A program made the translations under genes and the position numbers. From Reclinomonas americana ATCC 50394 (Eukaryota), in contig PS015148.1 in assembly GCA_048213135.1 (NCBI GenBank), positions 110,982 through 154,752 of the forward strand: a DNA stretch of 43,771 nucleotides. The letters are read 5' to 3'. The notes under the pieces are model-generated. The model saw only the letters and a program-made list of their open reading frames with translations. It did no database searches and was not told the origin of the DNA. Positions 1-13,200 of this stretch are shown piece by piece (position 1 is the stretch's first letter; the number at the start of each line of letters is the position of its first letter).

Positions 1-3000
1 TCCTCGCGCTCCCCGTCGCCTCGCTCTCGCACACCACCCTCGTACCGACGTCGAGGTCGTGCGTCTCCGTCGCACGAGAGCCATTACCGGCATGATCAGC
101 GCATGGATAGCGCCGTGGTTGCGTCATTTGCAAAAGAGTGCCCTCCCTGTCAACTTCAAATTTCTCACTGCTCTTTTTCTCTGTGCACAGTTGGCCCCAC
201 TCCATTCAGATCCGTCGTCGGCGTTCCGCTTGCACAACTCGCTGCCGGTGTCGCCGCTGTCGTACGACGTGCTGAATGGGACCGACGATGCGCTGGAGGA
301 GTTGCCGCTTGATGGTGGAGCCGAGGAGGATCGGCAGTCGAATGAGTCGGCCTCGCGGCCTTCCATTTCGTCGCACTCGAGTTACCACTCAGCAACTGCG
401 CTCGCCGCTGCAGGTCTCGGCACCGCTCGCGCTGGTGATATGGGTGGTGGTGGCGGGGGTGGTGTCGGCAGCGGAGCTGCAACGGCGGGCGGAGCGCCGT
501 CGCGTAACACACGCGTGCGCACGCCACCACCCGCCGCGGAGCAGGATGGTGAACCACCGCGACGGCGGCGACGACCGAGTCGCGACACGCAGAATCCATC
601 GCCCACACGTGTGCGTTTCCGCGATGAGCACCCGGTGCTCCTCGGGCATGAGGGACGCTCGGAGGATGAGGACGAAGGTGGTGATGCAGGATCGATGCCG
701 GGGTCGGCAGGCGCAAGGTGAAGAGAGAAAGAGGGAGAGAGGGAGGCAGAGAGAGCGAGAGAGAGAGAGAGAGGGAGAGAGCAAGGAAGGGGGTAAAAGT
801 GGGAGAGAGGGAGAGGGAGAGAGAGAGCGAGTGAGATAGAGAGTGGGCTTTGTAATCGTCTGTGGTTTCTCATTTCCTCTCTCTCTGCTAACTCCATGCG
901 CAAGGTGAACAGAGGGGAGAGAGAGCGAGAGGGCGAAGAGAGAGAGAGAGCAAGGAGGGGGGGGGGGAAGTGGGAGAGAGGGAGAGAGACAGAGAGGGGA
1001 AGAGAGGGACACTGAGAGCGAGATGGGAGTGGGCTTTATAATGATTTGTGGTTTCTCTTCTCGTCTCCCTCACTCTCAACTAACTCCCACCCCGCTGTGC
1101 AGTCGCACTGCCGATCTCCTGGACGTGAGTGCCATACCGATGGTTCGCCGCACTGGAAGCGCCGAGTGGGACACGTCGTCAACTGATTTCCCGGAAGAGG
1201 TGTGTCGTGCATCGCTTATCTTCAGCGGTCCTTGTTCCACAATTACCGTCTCTCTCTCTCTCTTTCTNNNNNNNNNNNNNNNNNNNNGTCTGTCTCCCTT
1301 TTTCTTCTTCCAGTTCGCTTCCGCATTCTGTCTCAGTGGTGCTTCGCTCTTTTGTCACATGTTGTCACCTCCAAGTCCTCGCTCTTCTTCTTCTCTCTCT
1401 CCCCTTCCTACCTTCCCCACTTTCATCATTTTCGTCCCTCTTCCCTCCCTTCTTCCTTCTTTCCTCCTAACTCTTCCCTTCCCTCTCCCTCCTCGCTCCT
1501 TCCTCCCTCTCTCCTCTTTCCTCCTCCTTTTTCCCTCCTCCCTCTTCCCTCCTCCCTCCTCCCTCCTCCCTCCTCCCTCTTCCCTCCTCCCTCCTCCCTC
1601 CTCCCCCTCCCTCCACCCTCCCTCTCCCTCCTCGCTCCTTCCTCAACTCCCTCACCGTCTCCTCCCTTTCTTTCTCCCTCATCCCCTCCTACCTTCCCCC
1701 TTGCCGCAGCACATTTCCCGCCAGCGCCGCGCACGCCAACACGTACCCGTGGACGACGACAGCACGGGAAACGACGATTCAAGGGTGCGACTGTCGGTGC
1801 ACGATGTGCAGCCACTGTTGCCCGCCGCCGCCGCCTCCCCACCTCGCCGTCACGCTCCCGCACCGCCATCTCCTCCGCCCCTTGTTTACAGCGGCATTCC
1901 CGATTCGCCGCCTCGGCAACCTTCACTCCCTCCGTCAACATTGATCAGTCCGGCGCCGTCGCCGCCTCCAGCCTCCTCGGCCGCCGCCAGCTCAGCGCCC
2001 ACGGCATTGCCGCCCCCGGCGGTACCCGTGGAATCACTGTCTGCGCTCACCACGCCCACACCTCCGCGCTCTCCTTCCCTTTCTCCACCGCCGGCCCCGC
2101 GAGATGCATCAACGGCTGTAGCGCACGCCGCTCCGCGAGAGGTTTGCTGTTGCGATCTGTCGTGTTTTTTTGCTTTTGATACTGACATAATCGTGTGTGT
2201 GTGTGTGTGTGTGTGCGCGCCAGTCACCACCACCACATCTTCGCCACTCTGTCTCCACTGCTTCGGGTGCTGCTGCGTCAGCTGCTGTTGCTCCCCTGGC
2301 TGGATACGTGTCGCCGTCCCGTCGCTCGCCGTTTGCCGAGTCGCCGCCGCCGGAACTCGATCAGGTGCTCAGTCGGCGGCTGGGCGACATCAAGAGTCGT
2401 GAGGCGAGCCGCGCGGAGCGGGTACCTCTTGGCGAGTCATCCGCCACGCGGAGACCGTCGGTGCGGGAATCCGGTCCAACTTCAGTAGCAGCGGCGACTG
2501 TCAGTCCACCGCGGCGGCTCTCCACCGTGCGCATTCTTGACGCGGAGCCAACGGCGCCATCCAGGCCCGTTGGTCGCGCCGCTGACCCTGTCCCAGCCGC
2601 CGCTCCGACACCACCGACTGCTTCACGAGCACCACCAGCGCCACAAGCCGTCGCACCGACACCGTCAACCACGGCGCCAGTCCCTGCGGCTGCAGCACCG
2701 GCGGTACCCCCACTAACTGCAACGCAGGCGCCCCCAGCCGTTGTACCGGCGGCACCAGCAGCCCCTGCTGCGCGAGCACCACCAGCTGCAACACAGGCGC
2801 CTCCTGCCTCAGCCCCTGCTCCTGCTCCTGCCCCTGCTCCTGCTCCCGCCCCTGCTGCCGCACCGCCAGCACCGCCAGCACCACCGGCTCCACCGGCTCC
2901 TCCGCCACCCATACCTCGTGCTCCGCTGTCGCCGCGATCACCGCCGGTGCCGCCAACATCGTTTTCGACTGGTGCTCTCGGTGTTGATCGCTTCCAGCCT

Positions 3001-4817
3001 CTGCAATCGCTGCCGACTGCGCCTCCTCCCGCCGCTCCCACCGCCACCACCACTGCGGCTCCAATCGCTCCGCCTCCACTTCTCCCGCTGCCGCAGCCGC
3101 CAGGTGCGGCGCCAGCTCGTGCAAAGCTCGTGTTGCCTGCGGCAGCCACCCCCGCAACGGCAGCCGCCACCGCCGCCGCTGCGCCACCTGCGCAACAGCC
3201 GTTTGAGTCGCTGCTCAGCGCGCCAAGCGCCGTGTTGCCAGCCGGCGGTGCCACTGGCACACCGCTTGTACGCATTCCAGAAGCAGCTGCGCCACCGCCG
3301 CTGCTGCCGACGGAACTCACCCGGGATAGGCCACAGCCTGCGGCCTCGGCGACTCCATTGCCTGTGTTGCCGCCACTGCCGGTTGTCGTGCCCAGCTCTC
3401 CGTCGGACTCTGACACCGAGGCACCGGCGGCAGCAGCTGCCGCACGACCGCGTCTCGATCTCGGACCGGTGACCGTCGCCGACGACGACGAACCGCCTCT
3501 GGTCGACCAAGCCGCCGCGGAGAGTCGAGCGAAACGCCTGGCAGGTCTGCGCGAACGCTCTGCGCAGCGGCGAGAGGCCGCACTCCAACAGCTGGCAGCC
3601 TCGGTGAATGCCTCGAATGGCACCTCCGCTGCACCCGCGACCCCTGCGCCGTCGGCTTCGCGGTTGGCGCTCGAGACCATCACCAATCGGCAGCTTGGAT
3701 TGCCTCCTGCAGCGACGGAGAGTTCAACAGCAGCGGCGGCAGACGCAACGCGCGGGCGTGCTCCGTCCAATGCGAGCAACGGATCGCCTCCTTCGGCCGC
3801 ACCGTCGTCGCCGCGAGTCGCCGCCCTCGGTGCATCGACATTCAATATGGACTCGTTTGTCATTGGTGCCGCCTCGCCGCGGCGACGTAGTACGCTGAAG
3901 GCAGGTGGCGCTCCGAGTGCGGCAGTCATTGCAGCGGCTGCTGCTGCTGCTGCACCAACAGCAACGCCAGCACCGGCACCGGCCGTGACGGCCACAGTAC
4001 CCGCACAACAAGCGCAGGCCCCTGCTCCGGCACCAGTTGCTCCTTCTCCAGCCCCAGCTGCTCCTGTTCCCGCTGCAGCTGCGGCTCCTGCTCCGACTCC
4101 TGTTGCTGTGGCGCCAGCTGTGGCCGCCGCTCCTGCACCGTTGGTCGTGGTGGCTGCCGCCGACCCACCTTCACCTTCCACTCCATCGAGTGAAGCACTC
4201 ACACCGTCGTCGCCGGCAAGCAACGCGTCAACACCGCGTCGTGGTTCGACGACCGAGCTGCCTGCTCGCCTCATGTCGACCAACGACATTGTCATTGCCG
4301 CCAGTGCGCGTCGTCGCAGTAAACGCAACAGCCGCACTGGTCTGCCGATGATGGAGGGCGCCGGCGACATGTCGCCGACCTCCAGCGACGTCATTTCTCC
4401 CGGCACGCCGTCGACCCCGGTGCAAGTGAGTTGGTCGTCTCTCTCATCGAAACTCGCAGCGCCTCTCACTGACCTCCTGAACTTGCACGCAGAGCCCGCC
4501 GTCGGCTGTCGCTGCCACAGCGACCACCGCCACCACTGTTACTGCGGCTCCTGCGCCGGCAGCGGCAGCGACACCTGCGCCTGCACCAGCGGCAGCACCT
4601 GCGCCTGCGCCTGCACCACCTGCTGCAGCGCCAAATCCGAAGCTGCGGTGGTTGGCGGCCACTTCTGCCGACGGTGGCACATATTACTACGGTATGGGAT
4701 ATTGTTGGGCGATATCTCTGTCGTGTATAAGTTTCTGAAAACACCCGTGCTGCAGACCCAGCCACACGCGAGACGGTGTGGACCCTGCCACCAGGCGAAG
4801 GTCTCAAACCGAAATGA
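1..4817 (+). CDS. Pro/Ala/Ser-rich low-complexity protein with C-terminal WW domain (5' end outside window; multi-exon)
   Basis: In-frame GT-AG introns 118-190, 718-1102, 1200-1709, 2142-2223 and two short introns near 4430-4490 and 4690-4755. The last two exons join to RWLAATSADGGTYYY|DPATRETVWTLP (WW pattern W..YYY..T.W..P). TGA at 4815-4817. Confidence 0.75.
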
Positions 4818-4867
4818 TGACACGGCAGTGGCCAGATTTCATTGCTTCCGTTTGACAACTGGCGGCT

Positions 4868-7800
4868 CTACATGGCGGCATACTCGCAATGCTCCCCCGA
4901 CCAGCCGTCGGCGCAGAGGCACGTATCGTCGTCGTTGCACGTTCCGTGGCCGTTGCATGAGCCCGCGGGTGTGCAAGCGGCTGTAACACGTCACAAGATA
5001 GAAACATTCACAAGTGCAATGTGAGTGTGTTGTGAAGGCACATAATTAATAATGAATCATAGTATGCAATGGACAGTAGCAGCGTACCGACGATTTCGAT
5101 TGGATGAGAGGTGGCGACGCGGCCTTCGTAGCCAAACTTGATAAAGTCTTTGTAGGCGCGAATCTCCCACTTGGAGCCAGCGACAGCTGTCGCTGGCACC
5201 ACCAGGTCGTTCGTGTTGCCAGAGGCGGTATTGGGAAGCCACAGCCACTACGCACAGCAGACATGAGCGCGAGGAGAAAACAAGCAGAGTCGACGGATGA
5301 GTACCTTGGGTCCGTCGGTGTTGTACGGTGCGGAGACTTGCACCAGGCTGAGGAAAGAATGGGATGAATGTGGGAAACAAAGGCAACAACTCGTCGCGTA
5401 CCTGAGCCAGTTGCGCTCTCCGCTCGGGAAGCCAGTCCATGACACGGGAATAATGTCGTTGGGCTTGGCGCGAGTCTTGCGCACGCTGATGCTGGCGCCT
5501 CGTTCTGTGGTGGTGTGACCTCGGTCAGTATGCGTTCTACAAAATATTCCACGACGCGAGACAACTCACCGTCGCACGACGATCCCTCCCAGCCCATATT
5601 GCACTCGCAGCGACCAGAAATCGGATGGCACGTGCCTATTGCAGAGCAGAGTGAGGAGTGAAGCAGCGACGCAAGACACTGGCCATGTGTACGTCACCGT
5701 TGCCGCCGCACGTGTGATGCGGATGGCATCGGCAATTGGCCTCGGAGCCAACCCAGCCGTCGGTGCACTCGCACGTTCCATCAGCACTGCATGTGCCGTG
5801 ATCTGCCAAACAGAAGACGACAATCAATCAGCTCGCTCATTCACTCCCTTGCGCGAGTGCATCAATAGCATTCTCACCTCCACACTTATCGCACGCAGTC
5901 AGGCAAGCATCGCCGAACCAGCCAGAGAGGCATTGCGCACAGTTCGTCGCGCCATCGTAGTTGGTCATGCACAAGCACTTGCCATTGTCGCACACGCCGT
6001 TGCCGAAACAGTCGTTGGGGCACGAGGAGCTGCCGGGTACGGCGAAGTTGTCGCCCGAGATTACCACCGAGAAATCCTGCGGTCCGCGCGGAAGTGCCGC
6101 AGCTGAAACCACCTACAGAAGACCACGAGCGTCAGGAATGAGGTATGGACAGCGGAAACCACGCGCCATTGTCACACGCAACAATGGTGTAGTCGCCAGC
6201 GGCGAGGTCAGTGAGAACGACGCGCTCCTTGGAATTGCTGCACAGAATAAAACCCTTGAGATGAGGGGTGCGCCTCACAGCTCAGCTGTCAGCATCTACA
6301 CACGCAACAGTCGATCTGGCACTTTGTCGACGTAGAGGAAGTTGCCTTGCCCCTGCGGCAGCACCGAGGCCGTGCTCTTCTTGTGCACCTCGAGGTCGAG
6401 GTCCGACTGCAGGGCCTTGGCGTTGCCGGAGGAGACCAGAGCGGGCGGATAGTCGGTCCAGGCCAGCGTGATCGAGATGCGAGTGGCGACGCCCACAGGC
6501 ACAGAGAAAGTGCGCTCCCACTTGGCCCCAGCTTGTGTCAGCAAACAACTGTCGGCACTCAGCACCACCGTGGTCGGGTACTGTTCGCCAGTCAGCGAGA
6601 ACAGGTTAGAGGCTTGCACGCGACCGAAACCAGTTGTCTGTCCGCGCGCGCCTGGTGTTTTGAGTTTGCTCTCGGTGAGGGTCACCGGCTGCGCCGCGTT
6701 GATGAGAAGTGCGCGCATCAGCGAAGAGGGTGGGTTGCGGATGGGGCGCGGTGGCGACGGCGCAGTGCACTTGGTGGGCGGATTCGGATAGCACTCGGTC
6801 ATCCACTGATACAAGCTCGCTGCGAGAGATGAGTGTCAGTGCGCTCCACAGACATTCTCGCTGCGTAGTCTGCCACTGCCACTCACCCATGACGCCCGCC
6901 GTGTTGGGGGTGGCCATGCTGCGAGAGAATGAGAGATGAGGGGGTTCGTAAAACAGAGCGACGACGGAGAAGACGTTGACACACCTGGTGCCGGAGAAAC
7001 GAGCCAGATGGAAATCCACAGCATGCTCGTCCACTATATTTATCGCCAATAAGATGATAATGCACACCAGCACAGGTCGTGTTTTAGAACGCAACAATTC
7101 TCACGTGTTCCAGCACCGCACTTGTTCACACTGCTTGCGGCCGCGGAGCCGGCCGAGAAGATCGGATTGCCACTGTGACGCGTGGGGATTCAGCAAGAGT
7201 CAAGTCCACGGTGTATGAGTGAGCAAGCAGGAGGAATGCGCAACGCCATGACAACACTGCAAGAGCGTGTGAGTTCAATTCTGTGACAGAATGATCATGA
7301 AGACAAAGGCACGCAACTCAATGCCCATGCGGCCATCCGTCAACGGACCTACGTTGGATGAGCACACCGTCGCGCAATCAAAACATCAACTGCAAGAGTA
7401 ACACAAACCGCGAGAAGAAAACGGCGCAATCTCGTCGCCAGCCTTGACGCGACCCGTGTCGGTGGCTCCCACCACCAGTGCATTCTTCACGTGACCTTCC
7501 CCGTCAACCTGCTCAGAGCGCCACCCAAATGAGGACCACGAAAGCGGGGAAAGGAGGGGTGTGGCGAACCGTTTTTGCACGCGGCCCTTCGTTGCCGGCG
7601 GCAAAGAGCACGGAGAAATCCTACACGCACCACATCCCTCTTCAGCTTGTGGTGTGCAGGGCGTGGAGGGCACAACAGTGTGGCATTCACCTTGTGCTTC
7701 CACAGATACCGATCGACGCTCAGCGAGTACGAGTCGTAGCTGCGACCGCCACCCCACGAATGACTCGAAATACGAGCTGCACGCCCAGAATCGATGAGTG

Positions 7801-10162
7801 CCATGTGCCTTGCTGCAAATGGTGATTCCACACTGTGACGCACCTCCATTTCGATACATGATGCCGAAGAAGGATTCGCCCAGCTCATACGGTGGATACA
7901 CGCCACCGTCGTTTGCCTTGCAGAATTGGTCGCAACCGCACGGAATGTCAGGAGGGCACGAGCAGCCGGATGAGTCGTACCCCTCGGTGTTGCATGACAG
8001 GTCGTACATGATGAGACGTGCGTCCTGGGGTGCAGTCACGGTTATCAGAGTGGAGCCCGAACCAAATTGTTGACAGGAGGAACAAGCGTACCTTGGCCAT
8101 GCCGTTGTACTGTCGACACAATGCAGTCTTAGTTGTGGCATATGAGAAAGAAATGATGAGGCATGCGTACCTTGGCAAGTGCCGGGGACCAGGGCGATGC
8201 GTTGCCAGCCACTGTGCCACTCACATGGGTGCCTGTGAAGCACGAGCAGCAGTGAGATGTCGATGCGGATGTCAGTGTTATGCATGGCATTTTCTCCCCA
8301 ACCATGATCTGCATGCAACACGGGGTTGGTCAGCGAAACGCGAAAGCAGGAAACGATCAATGCCACGAACCTGAGAGGCCATCGCTGCCGTGGTCCATCA
8401 GATTAAAGTAGCCTGCAATCAAAGATCTTGCGGGTGAGGTTGATGATTAGGATGGAGGCAGCGTGACGACCAGACGCACCTGCAATCTTGCGATGCTTGG
8501 AGGTGAACTTGTGGTACTGGTCGCGTGAGTACTCAACCGGCTCTGTGATCACACGAAAATTGTGAGCCAACTGCAGAACTGCGCTCAACCCTCATCACGC
8601 ACCGTTCTTGTCGTAAAAGAAGCACGAGTTGGTGTCGAGACCCGTGTCGGACACGGCGACGGTGACACCGCGGCCCGACAGAATCTCACTCAGAGGCTCG
8701 TCGAACGCCACACCATTCTGCCAGTGCCAGCGTGCACGCGAGTTGTGTGCAAAGCGCTTGTGCACAATCTCCACCCACAGCACACGCGGTTCGCGCGCCA
8801 CCGCCTGCGACACCTGGTGCACCTGCTCGAGTGAACGCAACCGCACGGCCACCATGTCGCCATGCTCACCGTGCGCCACCTCGGCCGACTCGACATCGAA
8901 ACCGCCGCTCACCAGTCGCTGTCGCAGCTCGTCGGCGAACTGGCCGGTCGAGCCCTGTTCTGGTGGCGTGAGCACACAAACTCCTCTGATCAGCACTTCG
9001 GTATAGGCACACAGACCTCGAGCGGATGCGAGGCCACTTGCACATGCAACAGCGGCAGCACATCGTCGGCCTTTGCCTGCACCTCATCGCTGCGCATCTG
9101 CACCAAGCGTGCGCTCTCCTTGAACCGACGCTCGTACCAGAACACGCCAAACACCTGCTGCTCGTGTCGCTCGCCCAACTCGCGCTCCACCGCCTCAGCC
9201 GCACGCGCCGAGGCGTAAAAGACGTAGGCACGATCAGGCACGAACTGCACATAAATCGAGCTCTTTGACTGCTGTTGCTGCTTGTTGGTGTCGCTATCGT
9301 TGTTTTCCGTCACATCCACGCGGTGGATAATGTCGCGAATGAGGTTCTCCATCGCCGGTGATGGGGTGGAGGTGGCGCGCAACGTGACCAGATAGGTGGA
9401 TCGCGACTCCACCTCGGGAGTGGACGAGGGCGACGTGGACAGTGGACTATCAGGATGAGAGGGAGAGGGAGAGGGAGGAAGGGGAAGGAGGGAGAGAGAG
9501 GCGAGAATATGAGCAGCTGCTTTGCTTTTTGTCTCTCACGATCTCTCTCGGCGCCTTCTTACGCTCTCTTGTTGTTACCAGTCTGCCCTCTTCTTCTTCG
9601 TCTTCTTCTTCTTCTTCTCTCTGTCTCTCCCTCACTCTCACGCTCTCTCTCTCTTTCTCTCTCTCTGTTTCTCATGATCTCTCTCGGCACCTTCTAACTC
9701 TCTCTTGTTGTCACCAGTCTGCCCTCTCCTTCACTCCCCTCGCCTCTCTCTCTCTCTCNNNNNNNNNNNNNNNNNNNNNNNNNNNNNNNNNNNNNNNNNN
9801 NNNNNNNNNNNNNNNNNNNNNNNNNNNNNNNNNNNNNNNNNNNNNNNNNNNNNNNNNNNNNNNNNNNNNNNNNNNNNNNTTCACTCTTTCTCTCTCTCTT
9901 CTCTTCTGTCATGACGCAACGCAATCGCCTCTGTCTGGGAGTGCACATGCCGTGGCACGAGCGAGGACGGGTGCAGTGAGAAGCCATTCAGGTGCACCTG
10001 TGAGTGTGCGTGTGTGACCAACAAGATCGTTAGATCACAAGTGTGTGAGATCGAGCGCGCGTTTCTTCTCACTTCTTCAGAGACAGCTGCCGCACGAGGC
10101 AACGAGCATGCCGCGAGGATCAGCACACACAGCAGTGACACGACCACTGTCGTCAGCCGCAT
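4868..10162 (-). CDS. Secreted subtilisin-like serine protease (S8, KP-43/Dictyostelium Tag-like) with C-terminal beta-sandwich, EGF-like repeats and a possible Ig-like module; 27 exons
   Basis: Signal peptide MRLTTVVVSLLCVLILAACSLPRAAA. Spliced motifs VAVSDTGLD (Asp), DHGTHVSGTVAG (His), ISSHSWG, VLFAAGNEG, FSSRGPLTDGR, SGTSMATP (Ser), PSSLMRALLINAA, GFGRV, ITLAWTD. EGF units CPNDCFGNGVCDNGKCLC etc. 26 GT-AG introns keep frame; TAG at 4868-4870. Confidence 0.92.
8303..8308 (-). other. 6-nt micro-exon (ATCATG) encoding the catalytic His of the S8 protease
   Basis: Sense strand gcag|ATCATG|gttggg. It joins G|AT CAT G|GC ACC CAT to give D-H-G-T-H; without it the HGT motif lacks its His. Confidence 0.85.
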
Positions 10163-10286
10163 GTCTTTTCTCGCACTTTCAAAGAAAAACGGATTTTCCC
10201 GCCAACACTGCTCAGTTCGGTTTTTGATGCCAGCCTTCTTTGCAAAACACCGTTCTTTTTTCTTCATTCGCAACCAGCACACAGTA

Positions 10287-13200
10287 TTACTTTCTTCGGT
10301 GCCCAAAGCGCTTTGATCTTGATGTGACCACGCGCTCCGACTGCTCGCGCACCACTCGCTCCAGCGTCGGTGCTTGCAGCGTGAGATCGTCGCGAGAGAT
10401 CTCGCACGGTTCCAGGCGATCCCAGATGCACTGCAATATCATGTACGCTCGGTAAGTTACGATGAAAAACGCACGCATTTGCTGCTGCTGTGCAAAAAAA
10501 ACGCAACATTCTTCGGGGCCATTAGTGTATCGCGAGCGGCCTGCTCCACGCTGGCCATGGCCATGTCGGTGAGCACCGTGCTGTTCAGCAGCTCCTCGAG
10601 CATCACGTGCTCAGCGTTGCTCTGGCGGCGCAGCTCCGTGTCTTCGGGCGACGACGGAGCCGAGGTCGACATGCGCGACGGATGCGGATACGGGGAGCGG
10701 ATGGGCAGGTCGCTCAGATCGTCGACTGCACGCTTGAAGCGATGCGCCCCGCGGACGGCCGGGAAGAGACCTGTTGGCGAGCCAAGTGAGAAACAAAGAA
10801 CACACAGGAACATGCCATACTCGCTCTCTGTCGTACCTCCCGACGTATGCTGCGCCAAGTCCGCAAACGACGTTGTCGACTTGTGCGGTGGAGCACGTTC
10901 CTTTCTGGGCGACCGCGGCTTGGGCGGCGGCGACACGGACTGGTTGTGAGCGGCGCGGAACGGCGACATGGACGGCACTGCACCGAGTGCAATGGNNNNN
11001 NNNNNNNNNNNNNNNCAGTGGCGTCAATCACCGAGCCACGATGTGCGTGGAAACGGTTGCCAGCCGGCATCAGTGAGCCACCCGACGGCAGTGCAATGGA
11101 GCCGCGGTGGACCATGGAGGGCCGATGTCCGGCAGCCATGTGCGCCGCGACGACGGAGCCGCGCGGGGCCAGCACTGTGCCCGCCGGGTACGCCACCGAG
11201 GCGCGCGGTGGAGTGCCCAGTGCACCGGCGCCGGCACCGCCGCTTGAGTGGAGTGGCCGCATCTTTAGCGGCGACTGCGATCGTGCGCGCCGAGAGTCGG
11301 GCTGACCCATTGGTGACGGTGTGCGAGTGCGTCCTGCCGCGCCTGGCGTCTCCAGCACATTCGGTGACGGCGATCGCAAGATCGTCGGTGGCGGTGGCGA
11401 GCCGCCGCGAATGGTCTCTGCCTCCGGCAGCGGCGACGAGGGCGAATCGGTGGGTGAGCCGCCACCAGAGACGCCACTGCCCGGTGAGCGGACGCCTGCA
11501 GGCGATCGCAGTGACGATGGCGAGGCGCCAGATGGAGACTTGGGGGAGCCTTTCAGTGACCGCCCACTTGGTGACCGGCCGGTGGGCGACCGACCACCCG
11601 TAGGTGACATGCCTTCTCCTCCTCCTCCTCCGCCGCCTCCTCCTTCCTCGCCCTCGTAGTCGCCCTCCATGCCCAACGCCGACACCGTGGCTGGNNNNNN
11701 NNNNNNNNNNNNNNAATGGAACTGCGTCGTTCCAGCACAGTCAACTGCTCCTCGGCCCGACTGCGCAGGAATTGGACCATGCGCTGTCGGTTCTCCGACT
11801 CCTGCTCCTGTTGAATCTCGGGGACACGCAGTTTGCGGAATGTCTTGCGGTCGTTGATTCGCCACTTGTCGGCGCCGAGCAGACCGGCGCTCATGCCATT
11901 GTCGAGGAAGATGCGCGCCGTGCAGTCAGAGCTACCCGTGGCGATAATGTGCGTGGACGGCTCATACGCGCAGCTGGGAGTGGAGTGAGTGCGAGGGAGG
12001 TGTGAAACAAGACGTTCTTTCCCCCATACCTGGTGATGATCGACTCGTGAGCACGGAACGACAAGGTGCACACGACCATGTCCTCGGTGACCAGACCGGC
12101 ACCCGGCGGCACGCCCGTAATGTTCCACAGACGAATGTAGCCGAGAGCGTCGCCAGTGACCAGCACATCGTTATCGGCCGTCACAAACAGCGCAGTGATC
12201 GGGTTGTTCAGGCGGTACGAGGCCTGGATTACGCCCACCTGGCGCGTCTCGCGGAGGAGGAAGAAACGGAGTGTGCCGTCACCGCAGCCGCAGGCCACAA
12301 GGCCGTCTTTCTTGGGAAGGGAGACGATCTGCACGAGAGGGGTGAGTATTTCTTCAAAAGGAAAAAAAGGCCAGATGCGTGCCGGCTCACCTTCTCAATG
12401 TAGCTGGCCGCGCCCGCAGCTTCTCCGCTGTCGGAGCCACTCTCGAGCACCTGGATCTCGCCGACGCGTGTCGACGAGTTGAAGTTGAACAGAACCAGTG
12501 CACCCGTGTCTGTGCCGCCGACAATCAAGTACGGCGGACAGAAGGCCAGTGACAGGAGATCTTGCTGCGATCTGCGTGGGAGAGGAAGGGAGGGCGGAAG
12601 GGGAGGGACGGGGGAGGGAGGGAGGGAGGGAGTGGGTCAGCAAGGTTAAGAGATGTCACATGCAAGTGGAATAACGACGCACTGTGGGGACACGGAAAAG
12701 TGCTTCTCGATTTCGGCTTCCGAGTCGTCGCTCCACGAAATCACACGACGGTTCCAGCCGCCAGCCAGCAGGAATCTACAGCATTGGTGAGATTTGTGCC
12801 TTGCATGCAAGGACTTCACGAAAAAACAAACCTCATTCCGTGCGTTTTCTGCTCAATGTACGCGAGTCCAGTCACCTCGCGATTGTCGGGCGAGATGCAC
12901 TCCTTCAAAATCTGTCCACTGATGTAGTTCCACACCAAGACGCGCCCGTCGACGCATCCGCAAATGAGGCGCCGTTCGCCTCCGTCAAAAATGGCCGATG
13001 TCACTTTTCGTGGCTGCGTCAAACGAGTGAGATCACAGAATCGAGGGGAAAAGAAAGGAAGAGAGACAAAACGACAAACCATGGTGAACTTGAAAGTCAT
13101 GTTGCCTGTGTCGGGCTCCCACACGCACACCTTGCGCGGATCCACTGTCACCAATTGATTGAAGCGGCTATTGTACAGCACGGCAATCAGTGGCTCCTGG

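Noticed and set aside
2361-4469. 702-aa Gly/Ala-rich minus-strand ORF
   Set aside because: Antisense shadow of the GC-rich Pro/Ala exon. The + strand has coherent splice sites and a WW domain.
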